The notes beneath the pieces were generated by a model. It had not been told where the DNA came from, did no database searches, and was given only the letters and a program-made list of their open reading frames with translations. From an uncultured Actinomycetes bacterium (GTDB taxonomy: Bacteria > Actinomycetota > Thermoleophilia > UBA2241), in NCBI GenBank assembly GCA_963755025.1, contig CAVWIH010000030.1, forward strand, positions 87,490 through 151,489: a DNA stretch of 64,000 bases, given 5' to 3'. The stretch's first letter is position 1. Every line of letters begins with the position of its first letter. Shown here piece after piece: positions 1 to 9,381 of the stretch. The position numbers and the translations under genes are program-made.

Positions 1-101
1 CCGGCCGTCAGCCCGGCGCCGTTCACGCCGGCGCTGTTCACGCCGGCGCTGTTCACGCCGGAGCCGCGCTTCACGCGGCCGTTGCCGTTGCGGCCCTTCA
101 T
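1..101 (-). CDS. 5' end of the next gene in the Mop accessory operon (runs off the window edge)
   Basis: ATG at 101 overlaps the stop of the upstream gene (ATGA). Reads MKGRNGNGRVKRGSGVNSAGVNSAGVNGAG, with a 15-bp repeat. Product cannot be determined. Confidence 0.4.
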   Translation of the reverse strand, partial: MKGRNGNGRVKRGSGVNSAGVNSAGVNGAGLTA

Positions 102-1336
102 GCCGGCACGGTCGCCGCGCCGGTCGCGGCGTCGCCGCCGTGCGACTCGCCGCCGCCACTCGTCGCCGAGGCGTCGCGGCACTCAGCCGTCAGCGCCCGG
201 CGGGCGAGCGCCTCGGTGGGCTCGCCGGTCAGGCGCTCGACGGCGCGCGCGAGCTCGAGGGCGCGCTCGAGCCGCGCCCGGGCGTGGGCCGCGCCTTCGG
301 GTTCGGTCCGCAGATCGGCCAGGCGCGCGGTCAGGCGTTCGTCGAGCGCGACGACGCGCGCGCCGGCCACCAGCTTGTCGGCCAGGTAGAGAATCTCTGC
401 TTCGTCTGGGAGGATCTGACCGTGAGCCTCAAGCTCGTCCTGAGGGTCCATGTGCAGGGCCGTGACGGCCGCGACCCGGCGATAGCCGAGGTCGCTCAAG
501 AGCCGCGCGCCGGCCGCGGCGTGACCGGGTTCGGTGCGCGCGATGTCGTGCAGCAGCGCGGCCGCTTCGACCAGACGGGCGTTCAGGTGCAGCTCGCAGC
601 GGTTGAGCCGCGCCGTCAGGGCGACGGCGACCGCGGCGACCGCGCGCGAGTGCGCCACGACCTGCGGCGGCAAGCCGGCGTCGCGCAACAGCCCCAGGCA
701 GCGCGCTGCGTCGGGCAGGCCCTCGCCGGCGACGTACGTCGCAGGCGCGCCGGTAGTCGGCCGGCGTGTCCATGTCGAGCAGGATGCCCGGATCGTCGAC
801 CGCGACCTCGAGCGCGTCTGCGTCGCACGCGGCAAGCAGGCCACGCAGGCCGTCGGCCGGTTCGTCGCAGGCCTCGTCGGCCGTCGCGGCGGCCGGCAGC
901 GCGCCGCGGGCGATCAGCGGCGGGTGGCCGCGACGCCCGCTCGTGCACCGGGTAAACGACCGGGGCCGGGTGTGCGCGCGCGGCGCGCGCCAGGCGGCCG
1001 ATCGTCTCGGCACGCACCAGGGCGCAGTCGGTCGGCAACAGAAAGAACGCGTCGACGTCGGCGTCGAGGCGCGGCTACGCCGGCGGCCACCGACGAGAAC
1101 ATGCCGCGCTTCCAGCCGTCGTTGACGACGACGGTGGCGCCGAGCGCGACGGCCGCGGCGCCCACCTCGTCGCCGCACCAGCCGACCACCACGCGCACGT
1201 CGTCGACGCCGGCGTCGGTGAAGGCGCCCACGGCGCGCGCCAGCACCGTGGCGTCGCCCAGCGGCAGCAGCGGCTTGAGCTCGCCCATGCGCGACGAGCG
1301 CCCGGCGGCCAGCACGATGGCGGCGAGGCGTGTCAT
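98..1336 (-). CDS. MocA-like molybdenum cofactor cytidylyltransferase fused to an HD domain (DVU_1551-like), frameshifted
   Basis: N-term AAIVLAAGRSSRMGELKPLL, GMFSSV, GHPPLI, GILLDMDTP; C-term HD motifs VVAHSRAVA, AALLHDIAR, LYLADK. Pieces lie in different frames. Confidence 0.85.
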
Positions 1337-1483
1337 CGGGCGGACGGGGCGCTGCGGCGCGCGGCCGGCCGGGGCGTGGCGCCGCGGTGCTGGGTCGGCC
1401 GGGCGATGGCGTCGCGGCGCGCGGCCGGCCGGGGCGCGACGGGGCGGCGCGGCGCGCGCGCTGCGGTGCGGTGGGTCATCACG

Positions 1484-2529
1484 CTAGGCGTCCTTGCCCG
1501 CCCGCACCTGGATCATCTCGGCGACGATGCTGATGGCGAGCTCGGCCGGCGTCTCGGCGCCGATCTGCAGGCCCACCGGCGAGTGCACGCGCGCGAGCGC
1601 CTCGTCGTTGAAGCCGGCCTCGCGCAGCGTGTCGGCGATGCGCTTGCGCTTGGTGCGGCTGGCCATGAGGCCCACGTAGCGAGCCGGTGTGCGCAGCGCC
1701 TGCTGGAGCACGGTCATGTCGTGGGTGTGTCCCGCGCGTGACGATCACGACGTAGCACTGCTCGTCGACCGCCACCCGGGTGAGCGCCCCCTCGAACGAC
1801 GACAGCAGGACGACCTGGGCGCCGGGGAACAGCCGCGGGTCGGCGAACTCTTCGCGGTCGTCGAGCACGACCGTGCGCCAGCCGGCGCGCGCCACGACCG
1901 GCGCCAGGGCGCGGCCCACGTGGCCGGCGCCGCAGATGATCGCCGTGGAGGGCGCGATCGAGCGCCTCGACCAGCACCTCGCGACCGTCGGGCAGCCGGG
2001 CGTGCCGTGCACGTTGATCTTGCCGACCGCCTTGCGCAGGCTCGCCGGCTCGCACGGCCGCGCGCCGACGAGCGGTGTCGTCGTCGCGCAGCAGGCAGTA
2101 CTCGACGGCGCCGCCGACCGCGGCGGGCAGCACGGTGAACAGCCAGGCGCGGCGCTGGGCGGCGGCCGCCTCGCGCAGCGCCGCGCAGACCTCGGCGAGC
2201 ACCGGGTCGCCCGGCGCGACGTAGGCGATCAGCACGTCGGCGGCGCCGCCGCAGATCATCTCGTCGGCGCTGTCGACGTCGGTGCCGCGCAGCCCCATGC
2301 TGGTGATCTCGGAGCGCTTGCGCTGCAGTCGCCTCGGCCGCCTTGCGCATCATCGAAGCCTCGAGCAGGCCGCCGCCGATCGTGCCGGCGATGGAGCCGT
2401 CGCGGCGCACGAGCATCTCGGCGCCGGCCTGGCGCGGCGTCGAGCCGCTGTTCGGCGACCAGCCGCACCAGGGCGAAGTCCTGCCCGGACTGCAGTAGCT
2501 GCCAGCACCTCGTCGACGATCTCTTTCAT
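1484..2529 (-). CDS. xdhC: XdhC family molybdoenzyme maturation factor, frameshifted
   Basis: GSTPRQAGAEMLV..GTIGGGLLE, MICGG, ICGAGHVGRALA, IVTRG, YVGLMASRTK, HSPVGLQIGAETPAELAISIVAE. ATG 2529 overlaps the upstream stop. Confidence 0.9.
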
Positions 2530-4015
2530 CGGCGTCTCCTGGGCGTTCGTCGATCAACATGCGTTTGCCGGCGCCGTCGCTGCCGGTCCACGGCGCGGCG
2601 GCCGCGAGACCTCGACCCGCAGGCGCCCGGCCGCCGTGGCCGCGGCCACGGCCGGGAAGCTGTGCGAGGGCGGCGGCGGCGCGGCGCGGCCGCGCCGCGC
2701 CGCAGCCGCCCTCGCAGAGCACGCTCGACCGTGAGCCGTTCTTCAGTCGCCATCGACGCTCAGAGCGCGCGCGAAAGTCGAGCACGTCGTCGAGCGCGAA
2801 GAGCGCCTCGTCGAGGTCGGCCAGGCTCAGCCGCTCGCCGCCGGCCAGCATGGCGACGTCGCCGCGGCGCTCGCGCACCGTGCGCCAGCAGGCGCAACCG
2901 ACGAGCCGCAGGGACAGGGCTCGGCGACGAAGCGGCCCAGGTCGCCGGTGCGATAGCGGATCAGCGGCATCGCCTCGCGGGTGAGGGTCGTGAAGACGAT
3001 CTCGCCCTCCTGCCCGAGCGGCAGCGGCGCGCCGCTCAGCGGGGTCGACGACCTCGAACAGCAGGTCGGCCTCGCGCAGCGTGCAGGCCGGCGTGAGCGG
3101 CGCACTCCACGCCGCCGCCCAGGCCCATCTCGGTCGTGCCGTAGTGGTTGAAGACGCGGCAGTCCCAGGCCTGCTCGATGGCCGCCGCGATCGCCTGCGG
3201 CACGTGGTCGGTGCTGAGCAGCACGCTGCGCACGTTCAGGCGCCGCCCCTGGGCGACGCTGCGCCGCGCCAGGGCCAGGACCTGCACGGGGATGCCGACC
3301 ACGACGCTCGCCTGCTCGCCTTCGAGACCGTCGAGCGCGGCGGCGACGTCGCTGACCGGACCGTAAGGCAGCGGCGTCGCGCCGAGCCGCTCGAGGCCGC
3401 GGGCCAGCAAGCTCGCCGACGCTGCCCGGCCGCTCGCCGGGCAGCAGGATCAGCACGCGGTCGCGGGCCCGGCGAAGCACCGACATGCCGCAGCTGGAAG
3501 AAGTCGATCGTGAGCTCCTGATCGGCGGCGCTGAACGCGATGCGCTTGGGCTCGCCGGACGTGCCCGAGGTGGGCAGCGTGACGATGCGCTCGACCTCGC
3601 CAGCGGGCACGCAGCGCAGCCGCGCGCCCTCGGCGCGCAGCGTCGTCGGCGGTCGTGAAGGGCAGCGCGGCGAGGTCGTCGAGGGAGGCGCACGTCGTAC
3701 ACGCCGACGGCGCTCAGGCGTTCGGCGTAGAACGGACTGTGGGCCTTGACGTGGGCGACGGTCTCGCGCAGCGCCGCCAGCTGATGGCGGCGCAGGTCGT
3801 CGGGCGCGCTGCGCTCCGGCCGCCCGGTCGTGGCCCTGGCCGGCGCCCCGGCGCCGGGCGGCGCGAGCGGCGCCGGCACTCGGTCGCCGGCCGGTGCGAC
3901 CGGCGCCGGCAGCGGCCGGCCGGGCCCCACGGCGCCCGCCACGCGCGCCGCGACCCAGGCGTCGAGCGACGTGAGCGCCGGCTCCGCCGGCGCGGCCGCC
4001 CCGCCGCAGAGTCAC
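2526..4015 (-). CDS. Phenylacetate-CoA ligase-like AMP-dependent ligase (DVU_1553-like), frameshifted
   Basis: QLAALRETVAHVKAHSPFY, IVTLPTSGTSGEPKRI, NHYGTTEMGLGGGVEC, GEIVFTTLTREAMPLIRYRTGD. Confidence 0.85.
2659..2720. repeat. 62-bp near-perfect palindrome inside the CoA-ligase 3' end
   Basis: GCTGTGCGAGGGCGGCGGCGGCGCGGCGCGG|CCGCGCCGCGCCGCAGCCGCCCTCGCAGAGC, with two mismatched pairs. Confidence 0.75.
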
Positions 4016-4413
4016 GGCGAGAGCTTCCCGCGGTCGGCGAGGATCTGCATGGCGGTCTCGTAGGTGCGCGCCATGATCGACGGGCACTTGGTGTAGCGGT
4101 CGAGGGGGTCGTCGCTCAGGATCTCGCAGCAGGCGAGCGAACCGTACTCGCCGCGGAACCAGTCGACGAGCTCGGCCACGAGGGCGCCGTCGAACGGCGG
4201 CGAGCCGCGCAGCGCCATGGCGAGCGCGCCGCCGGCCAGGGCGCCGCAGTCGGCGCCCGAGAACATGCCGACGCACAGCGCCGCCACCGCGTCGACCATC
4301 TGCTCGTTCTCCGCGCCGAGCTCGTCGAGCGCCACCTGCACCAGGACCTGCGTGCAGCAGTAGCCCCGCAGGGCGAGCTCGTTTATGCGCGCGGCGCGCT
4401 CGTCGTCGTTCAT
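4012..4413 (-). CDS. C-GCAxxG-C-C family redox protein (DVU_1555-like)
   Basis: GYCCTQ...CGALAGG...LACCEI...KC motif pattern, 133 aa, intact. Confidence 0.9.
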   Translation of the reverse strand: MNDDERAARINELALRGYCCTQVLVQVALDELGAENEQMVDAVAALCVGMFSGADCGALAGGALAMALRGSPPFDGALVAELVDWFRGEYGSLACCEILSDDPLDRYTKCPSIMARTYETAMQILADRGKLSP

Positions 4414-4447
4414 GATCTGCCCATGGCGTGCTGCCCTCGTCGATCGT

Positions 4448-5272
4448 TCACGGCGTGCCGCCCTCGTCGTGCGCGCCGAGTGGGTCGCTCACGTCGGAGG
4501 CCGCGCCGTGCTTGCCGGCCTCGCCGCGCGCCCGCTCGCCGAGCCGCGCGATGCAGAGACAGTATCCCAGGCCGCCGAGGCCGCGCGAGCGGGCCGGCTC
4601 GGCTCGGCCGTCGGCGCGGTCGCCGAGGTCGGCCGGCGGCGCGGCCACCCCGACCGCCGCCCAGAACGCCGCCATCGAGCCGTGCTGCTCGACGATGTCC
4701 CAGACAAGACGGGCCAGAAGCCCAGATTGGTCTTCCCAGGTCGTGACGTCAAACCCGTGCTCGTCGAGCAGCGTGCGCAGGCCGTCGGGCCGGCCGCGCC
4801 GGTAGATGTCGCTGACCAGCAGCAGCCCGCCGGGGCGCAGCACGCGGGCGCACTCGGCGACCGCCCGCGCCGGCTCGTCGGCGAGCGACAGCGAGCATTC
4901 GGCGAGCACCGCGTCGTAGGAGTCGTCGTCGAACGGCAGCTCCTCGGCGCGGCCCTGGCGCAGGTCGAGCTCGGGCCGGTGCCGGTGGCCCTCTTCGAGC
5001 AGCACCGGTGACGGGTCGAGGCCGGTGGCGAGCATGCCGTAGCGCAGCGTGAGGTGCTCGACCGCGAGGCCGTCGGCGCAGCCCACGTCGAGCACGACCG
5101 AGCCGCGCGGCAGCGCGCTCAGGCTGAGGGCGCGGTCGGTGAGCTCGAGGCCGCCCGGGCGGCGGCAGCCCCCGGCGACGGCTTGCAGCACGGCGCCTTC
5201 GTAGAGGCACGGCACGGCGAGCACGGCGGGCGTCGTCCCCCAGATGCTGGCGTGGGTCTCGCGCGCGCTCAC
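4448..5272 (-). CDS. Class I SAM-dependent methyltransferase (DVU_1556-like)
   Basis: RPGGLELT, VLDVGCADG, GLDPS, AEELPF, AECSLS, RVLRPGGLLLVSDIY. GTG 5272 overlaps the radical SAM stop (GTGA). Confidence 0.85.
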   Translation of the reverse strand: MSARETHASIWGTTPAVLAVPCLYEGAVLQAVAGGCRRPGGLELTDRALSLSALPRGSVVLDVGCADGLAVEHLTLRYGMLATGLDPSPVLLEEGHRHRPELDLRQGRAEELPFDDDSYDAVLAECSLSLADEPARAVAECARVLRPGGLLLVSDIYRRGRPDGLRTLLDEHGFDVTTWEDQSGLLARLVWDIVEQHGSMAAFWAAVGVAAPPADLGDRADGRAEPARSRGLGGLGYCLCIARLGERARGEAGKHGAASDVSDPLGAHDEGGTP

Positions 5273-6688
5273 ACAGGCCCCGCAGTCGAGCTCCGCCCGA
5301 CGCCGAGCCCCTGCCCGCCGGCGGCCGTCAGGTTGTAGGCGCAGAACGGGACGAAGCGCCCGTCGGGCGCGAGCACGTGCAGGTAGCAGTGCCGGAGGCG
5401 CTCGAGATCGACCGTCCAGGCGTCCTGGAACGCCATGGCGCTCACGCTGAACGTGTTCTCGCGGATCTGCCGCAGGATGCCGTCCCACTGGTCTTCGGGT
5501 GCATGATCCGCCGCGCAGCAGCTCTTCGCCGGCGCCGACCAGCGCTGCGCCACGTGCGCCGCCTTGTCGGTCGGTCGCGGCGCCGCTGTCGGTCGGTCGC
5601 GGCGCCGCCTTGTCGGCCGGTCGCGGCGCCGCGGAAGACTGGTCGGCAGCGGCGCCGCAACACCCGGAGCCCTCGGCCGCCTCGCGCCGCAGCGCCACGA
5701 GCGTGCCGTCGGGCGCCTGCAGGTACTCCCTGCTGAACGAGCAGAGGGCGTGCTCGCAGTCGCCGGGAGCGAGGTCCTCGAGGGCGATGCGTCCGTCGCT
5801 CTGTTCCGCCAGCTCCCTCATGACGTCGGGGAGCGTCACGCGAGCGCCGGCGGCGGCGAGCGCGTCGGGGTACCTGCCCAGCAGCGCCAGCGGCTGAAGA
5901 TGGATCCCGCGCACGGCGGGCAGGTGCTCGAGGGCGAAGGAGAGGATCAGCCCGAGCTGGTCGAGGTTGACCCCGCGCGCGACGGTCGGCACGAGCACGA
6001 CGCCCAGGCCGGCCTCGGCGCAGCGCTCCACCGCGCGCAGCTTCAGCGCGGCCAGCGCACGGCCGCGCAGGGCGAGGTAGGCGGCGTCGTCGACGCCGTC
6101 GAACTGCAGAAAGACGGTCTGCAGACCGGCGGCGGCGAGCGTCTGCGCGTACCCGTCGTCTGTCGCGAGCCGCAGCCCGTTGGTGTTCAACTGCAGAAAG
6201 GAGACGCCGAGAGAGCGTCCGAGGGCGACGACCTGCGGCAGGTCGTCGCGCACGGTCGGCTCGCCGCCGGAGAGCTGCACGTTGCCGCCGGGCGCCCGCT
6301 CGAGCACGCGCCGGAACCAGCCCTCGATCTCGTCGATCGAGGGGTCCGGCGCGCTGCGCCGCCGGGCGCTCGCAAAGCAGATCGGGCACTCGAGGTCGCA
6401 CCGCGCCGTCACCTCGAGCAGCACGCAGCACGTCTGCCGCACGTGACCCGCGCACAGGCCGCAGGCCGTCGGGCAGTCGGGGTTCTCGGCCGGGTCGCCG
6501 CAGCTCGGCCCCGAGCCGGCCGCGCGCCACTCGTCGTAGTCGGGCGGCCCGCGCCAGATCAGCGCCCCCACCTGACCGTGCTCGGGGCAGGTCCGCTCCA
6601 GCCACACGTTGCCGCCGCGCCGCACCACCGACGCCCGCAGCCGGCGAAGGCACAGCGGACACAGGCTCGTGGTCTGGGTCTCTCTCAC
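5269..6688 (-). CDS. trsS: Radical SAM protein, TrsS-like (Cys form), frameshifted in a 24-bp repeat
   Basis: SLCPLC..CPEHG, CPTACGLC, CxxxCxxC (CDLECPIC), LSGGEPT, CEHALC; C-term AFQDAWTVDLERLRHC..PFCAYNLT in another frame. Confidence 0.85.
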
Positions 6689-6704
6689 CTGCCGACGCTC
6701 CCGC

Positions 6705-9278
6705 TCACTTGTCTTCGAGGGCCAGTTCGACCTCGTGCATGCGGCCCGTGGCGAGCCGCTCGCTCACCAGGACGAGGCCGTGCTCGAGACAGGCCGGCAG
6801 CTTCACCGGAAAGCCGGCCACCAGGTACGAGAGCGTCACCGAGCGCGGCTCGAGGGCGTGGTCGCCCCTGGCGCAGCGCCAGACGCGGCCGTCGTCGTCT
6901 TCGAGGGCGTCGGCGGCGGGCCAGGGCGGGGGCTTTATCTCCATACGGTGACTATAGGCGCTGTACACCACGAAACGCTCGCCCTGGGGAGCGTACTCGA
7001 CCCAGAAGGTGACGGCGCCGATGGTCCGCGCGGCCAGCAGGCGCCCGGTGCTCGGCTCGATGAAGCGGTCTCCCGTCTTCTGCGCGTGGACGATCACCTC
7101 GTGGACCTCGTCGGGACGGATGAAGCGCTGTTCGAGGAGCTCCTCGACCCCGGGCGCGAGCTCCAGGTCGTCGCGCCAGCTCGACGTGACGGCGGGGCCC
7201 TCGTGCCACACGTCGGCCAGCAGGCGCCGCTTTAAGGCGACGCGCTGCGCCGAGCGCTGCGTGAGCGCCGGTCCGCGGCGCGCGGCGCGCGTCTCGTAGG
7301 CGTCGCCGAACAGCAGGTCGAGGACGTGCAGCGAGCGCTTGCCCCGCGCCACGAAGCGGTCGCGGCACATGGCGCAGTGGGCGACGTAGTCGGCGTCGCC
7401 CTCGGCGATGCGCCGGTCGACGACGGTGTCGCCCATCTCCGGGTTCGCGTAGAGCATGAGGCCGCCAAAGCCGCAACACTCCGTGCGCTCGCCCGACATC
7501 TCGAGCTCGTCGATCTCGTAGCCGCAGGCGCCGACCACGTCGCGCACCGCGCGCTGGACGTCGTGCTGGTAGCGCGCCGTGCAGGCGTCGTGGATGGCCA
7601 CGCGGCGTCCGCCGCCCGAGCCGGCCGCGCCGTCGGGCAGCCCCACCTCGCGCAGTACCTCCCACAGCGACACCGTCTCGAACTCGGGCAGCCGCCTGGC
7701 AAAGACGGTCTCGCAGGTGGGACAGGCGAGGATCAGGCGTCGCGCGCCGAGGCCGTTCAGGTGCTCGCGCAGGCCCTCGAGCGTCTCGTCGAAGAGCTCT
7801 CCCTGGCCGGCCCAGTCGGCCGGCGCGCCGCAGCAGTAGAGCACGAGCCCGGTGGTCGGCGAGTAGCGTTCGCGCAGGTAGGCGTAGGCCTGCTCGAGGT
7901 GCCCCGGGTCGGACGCCGCCAGCTGGCAGCCCGGAAAGAAGACCGTGTCGCTCGTGGCGGCGCCCGGGGCGTGGCGCGCCAGCGCCGACTGCTCGCCGAC
8001 GGCCAGGCGCAGGTCCTGCAGGGCGAAGTCGAAGGCCGAGGCCGGCATGCGACCCTGGCGCACCATCTCGCGGCGGGCGTCGCCGATCACCTCGGCCATG
8101 TCGAGGTCGACCGGACAGACCTCGTAGCACAGGCGGCAGCGACTGCAGGAGTCGATCATGCGGTTGGTCGTGCGGCTGCCCCTGCCCTGCGTCACCGTGA
8201 GGTTGTTGTAGATGCGGCGCGCGTAGAGGCCGGGGTGCGAGCCGAACTGCTCCAGGTACGAGCACGCCTTGACGCACTCGAGACACTCGCACTGCAGGCA
8301 GCGCGCCGCCTCGGCTCTCGCCTCGTCGCGCGAGTAGCCGGCGGCGGGGTCGGCCGGGTCCACGGGCGGCGCACTCTCGACGCCGTCCATGTTGACGATC
8401 AGGCCGGTGGCGTAGCCGCCGCGATCGCCGCGCGAGGCGCCGAGCGAGACGTGCTGCAGCTGGCGGTCGATGGAGAGCGCCGCCCGGCGACCGTCGGCGA
8501 TCGAAGAGATCGGCGACCACGGCTCGGAGGGCCGCAGGATGCTGCCCCCGCAGTAGGTGCCGAGCTTGCTGGTCGCCAGCGTGACCGGGTCGACGGCGAT
8601 GCGGCCCTGGTCGTCGAGCAGGTAACCCAGGGCGGCGCCGGCGTCGGCCTCGGAGGCCCCCATGGCCAGGTACACGGCGTCGACGTCGGGCGCCAGGGCG
8701 GCGAGCGCGTTCTCTCCGCGGGGCCGCGTGAGCGCTACGGGGGTGAACGGCACGAGCTGGGCGCCCGCCGCGGTGACGCGCGCGACGTCGGCTTCGAGCT
8801 CGGACTCGGGGAGCACGTCGTCGCCGAGCTCGCGAGCGCGGCCGCCGGCTCTGTCTTGCGCCTCGAAGACGACGACCGAGTAGCCCTTGCGGGCGAGGTC
8901 GTAGGCGGCACTGAGGCCGCTCAGGCCGGCGCCCACCACGGCCACCCGGCCGGGCTTCGCGCGGCGCGGGACCGCCGCCGTCGCCGCCGGCTCGTCGGCC
9001 AAGCTCATGGCCGCGCGCTCGAGGTCGTTGATGCGGATGCCGCCGCCCGCCTGCTCGCGCACGCAGGCCGTCTGGCAGGGGGCGTCGCAGCAGCGCGAGA
9101 TCACGCGCGGGAAGGGCACCGCCTGGGTGAAGGCGCGGCGCGCCTCGGCCCAGTCGTCGCCGACCGCCGCCGCGAGCAGGGTCCTCGCGTCGACGTGCAC
9201 CGGACACGCCGTCACACAGGCGGCCGGCTGGTTCTGGATACAGAGCTCCTCGAGCTGCAGCAGCCTCTTCTGGTCCAT
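6705..9278 (-). CDS. FAD/pyridine-nucleotide oxidoreductase with 4Fe-4S dicluster and CCG domains and a fused C-terminal DVU_1557-like domain
   Basis: GltD-like CVTACP, VVGAGLSGL; CLQCECLECVKAC, CSRCRLCYEVCP; CCG motifs (YCCGAP, ECCGFGG); C-term WRCARG..LPACLEHGLVLVSE..ELALEDK. Confidence 0.9.
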   Translation of the reverse strand: MDQKRLLQLEELCIQNQPAACVTACPVHVDARTLLAAAVGDDWAEARRAFTQAVPFPRVISRCCDAPCQTACVREQAGGGIRINDLERAAMSLADEPAATAAVPRRAKPGRVAVVGAGLSGLSAAYDLARKGYSVVVFEAQDRAGGRARELGDDVLPESELEADVARVTAAGAQLVPFTPVALTRPRGENALAALAPDVDAVYLAMGASEADAGAALGYLLDDQGRIAVDPVTLATSKLGTYCGGSILRPSEPWSPISSIADGRRAALSIDRQLQHVSLGASRGDRGGYATGLIVNMDGVESAPPVDPADPAAGYSRDEARAEAARCLQCECLECVKACSYLEQFGSHPGLYARRIYNNLTVTQGRGSRTTNRMIDSCSRCRLCYEVCPVDLDMAEVIGDARREMVRQGRMPASAFDFALQDLRLAVGEQSALARHAPGAATSDTVFFPGCQLAASDPGHLEQAYAYLRERYSPTTGLVLYCCGAPADWAGQGELFDETLEGLREHLNGLGARRLILACPTCETVFARRLPEFETVSLWEVLREVGLPDGAAGSGGGRRVAIHDACTARYQHDVQRAVRDVVGACGYEIDELEMSGERTECCGFGGLMLYANPEMGDTVVDRRIAEGDADYVAHCAMCRDRFVARGKRSLHVLDLLFGDAYETRAARRGPALTQRSAQRVALKRRLLADVWHEGPAVTSSWRDDLELAPGVEELLEQRFIRPDEVHEVIVHAQKTGDRFIEPSTGRLLAARTIGAVTFWVEYAPQGERFVVYSAYSHRMEIKPPPWPAADALEDDDGRVWRCARGDHALEPRSVTLSYLVAGFPVKLPACLEHGLVLVSERLATGRMHEVELALEDK

Positions 9279-9302
9279 CGTGCGTCCTTCGGCAAGGCCG
9301 AT

Positions 9303-9333
9303 CGGCCGGGCCGGGAGAGTCCCGGCCCGGCCG
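9303..9333 (-). terminator. Intercistronic hairpin after mop
   Basis: CGGCCGGGCCGGGA-GAG-TCCCGGCCCGGCCG, perfect 14-bp stem, no U-tract. Confidence 0.55.
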
Positions 9334-9381
9334 CCCGCCGCGCCGGCCGCCTCACGGCGGCCGGCGCTTCGCTTACGACCC

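Noticed and set aside
1337-1480. Short Arg/Pro/Ala-rich ORF between xdhC and the MocA-HD gene
   Set aside because: Low-complexity, repeat-derived sequence with no support as an independent gene.
4448-6688. Apparent 746-aa radical SAM-methyltransferase fusion
   Set aside because: The true radical SAM C-terminus (AFQDAW..PFCAYNLT) is in another frame ending at 5269. A 2-nt loss in a 24-bp repeat creates the false fusion.
4012-6688. Selenocysteine in the TrsS-like or C-GCAxxG-C-C proteins
   Set aside because: The candidate positions (GYCC, GDCEH) are TGC codons; no in-frame UGA was seen.
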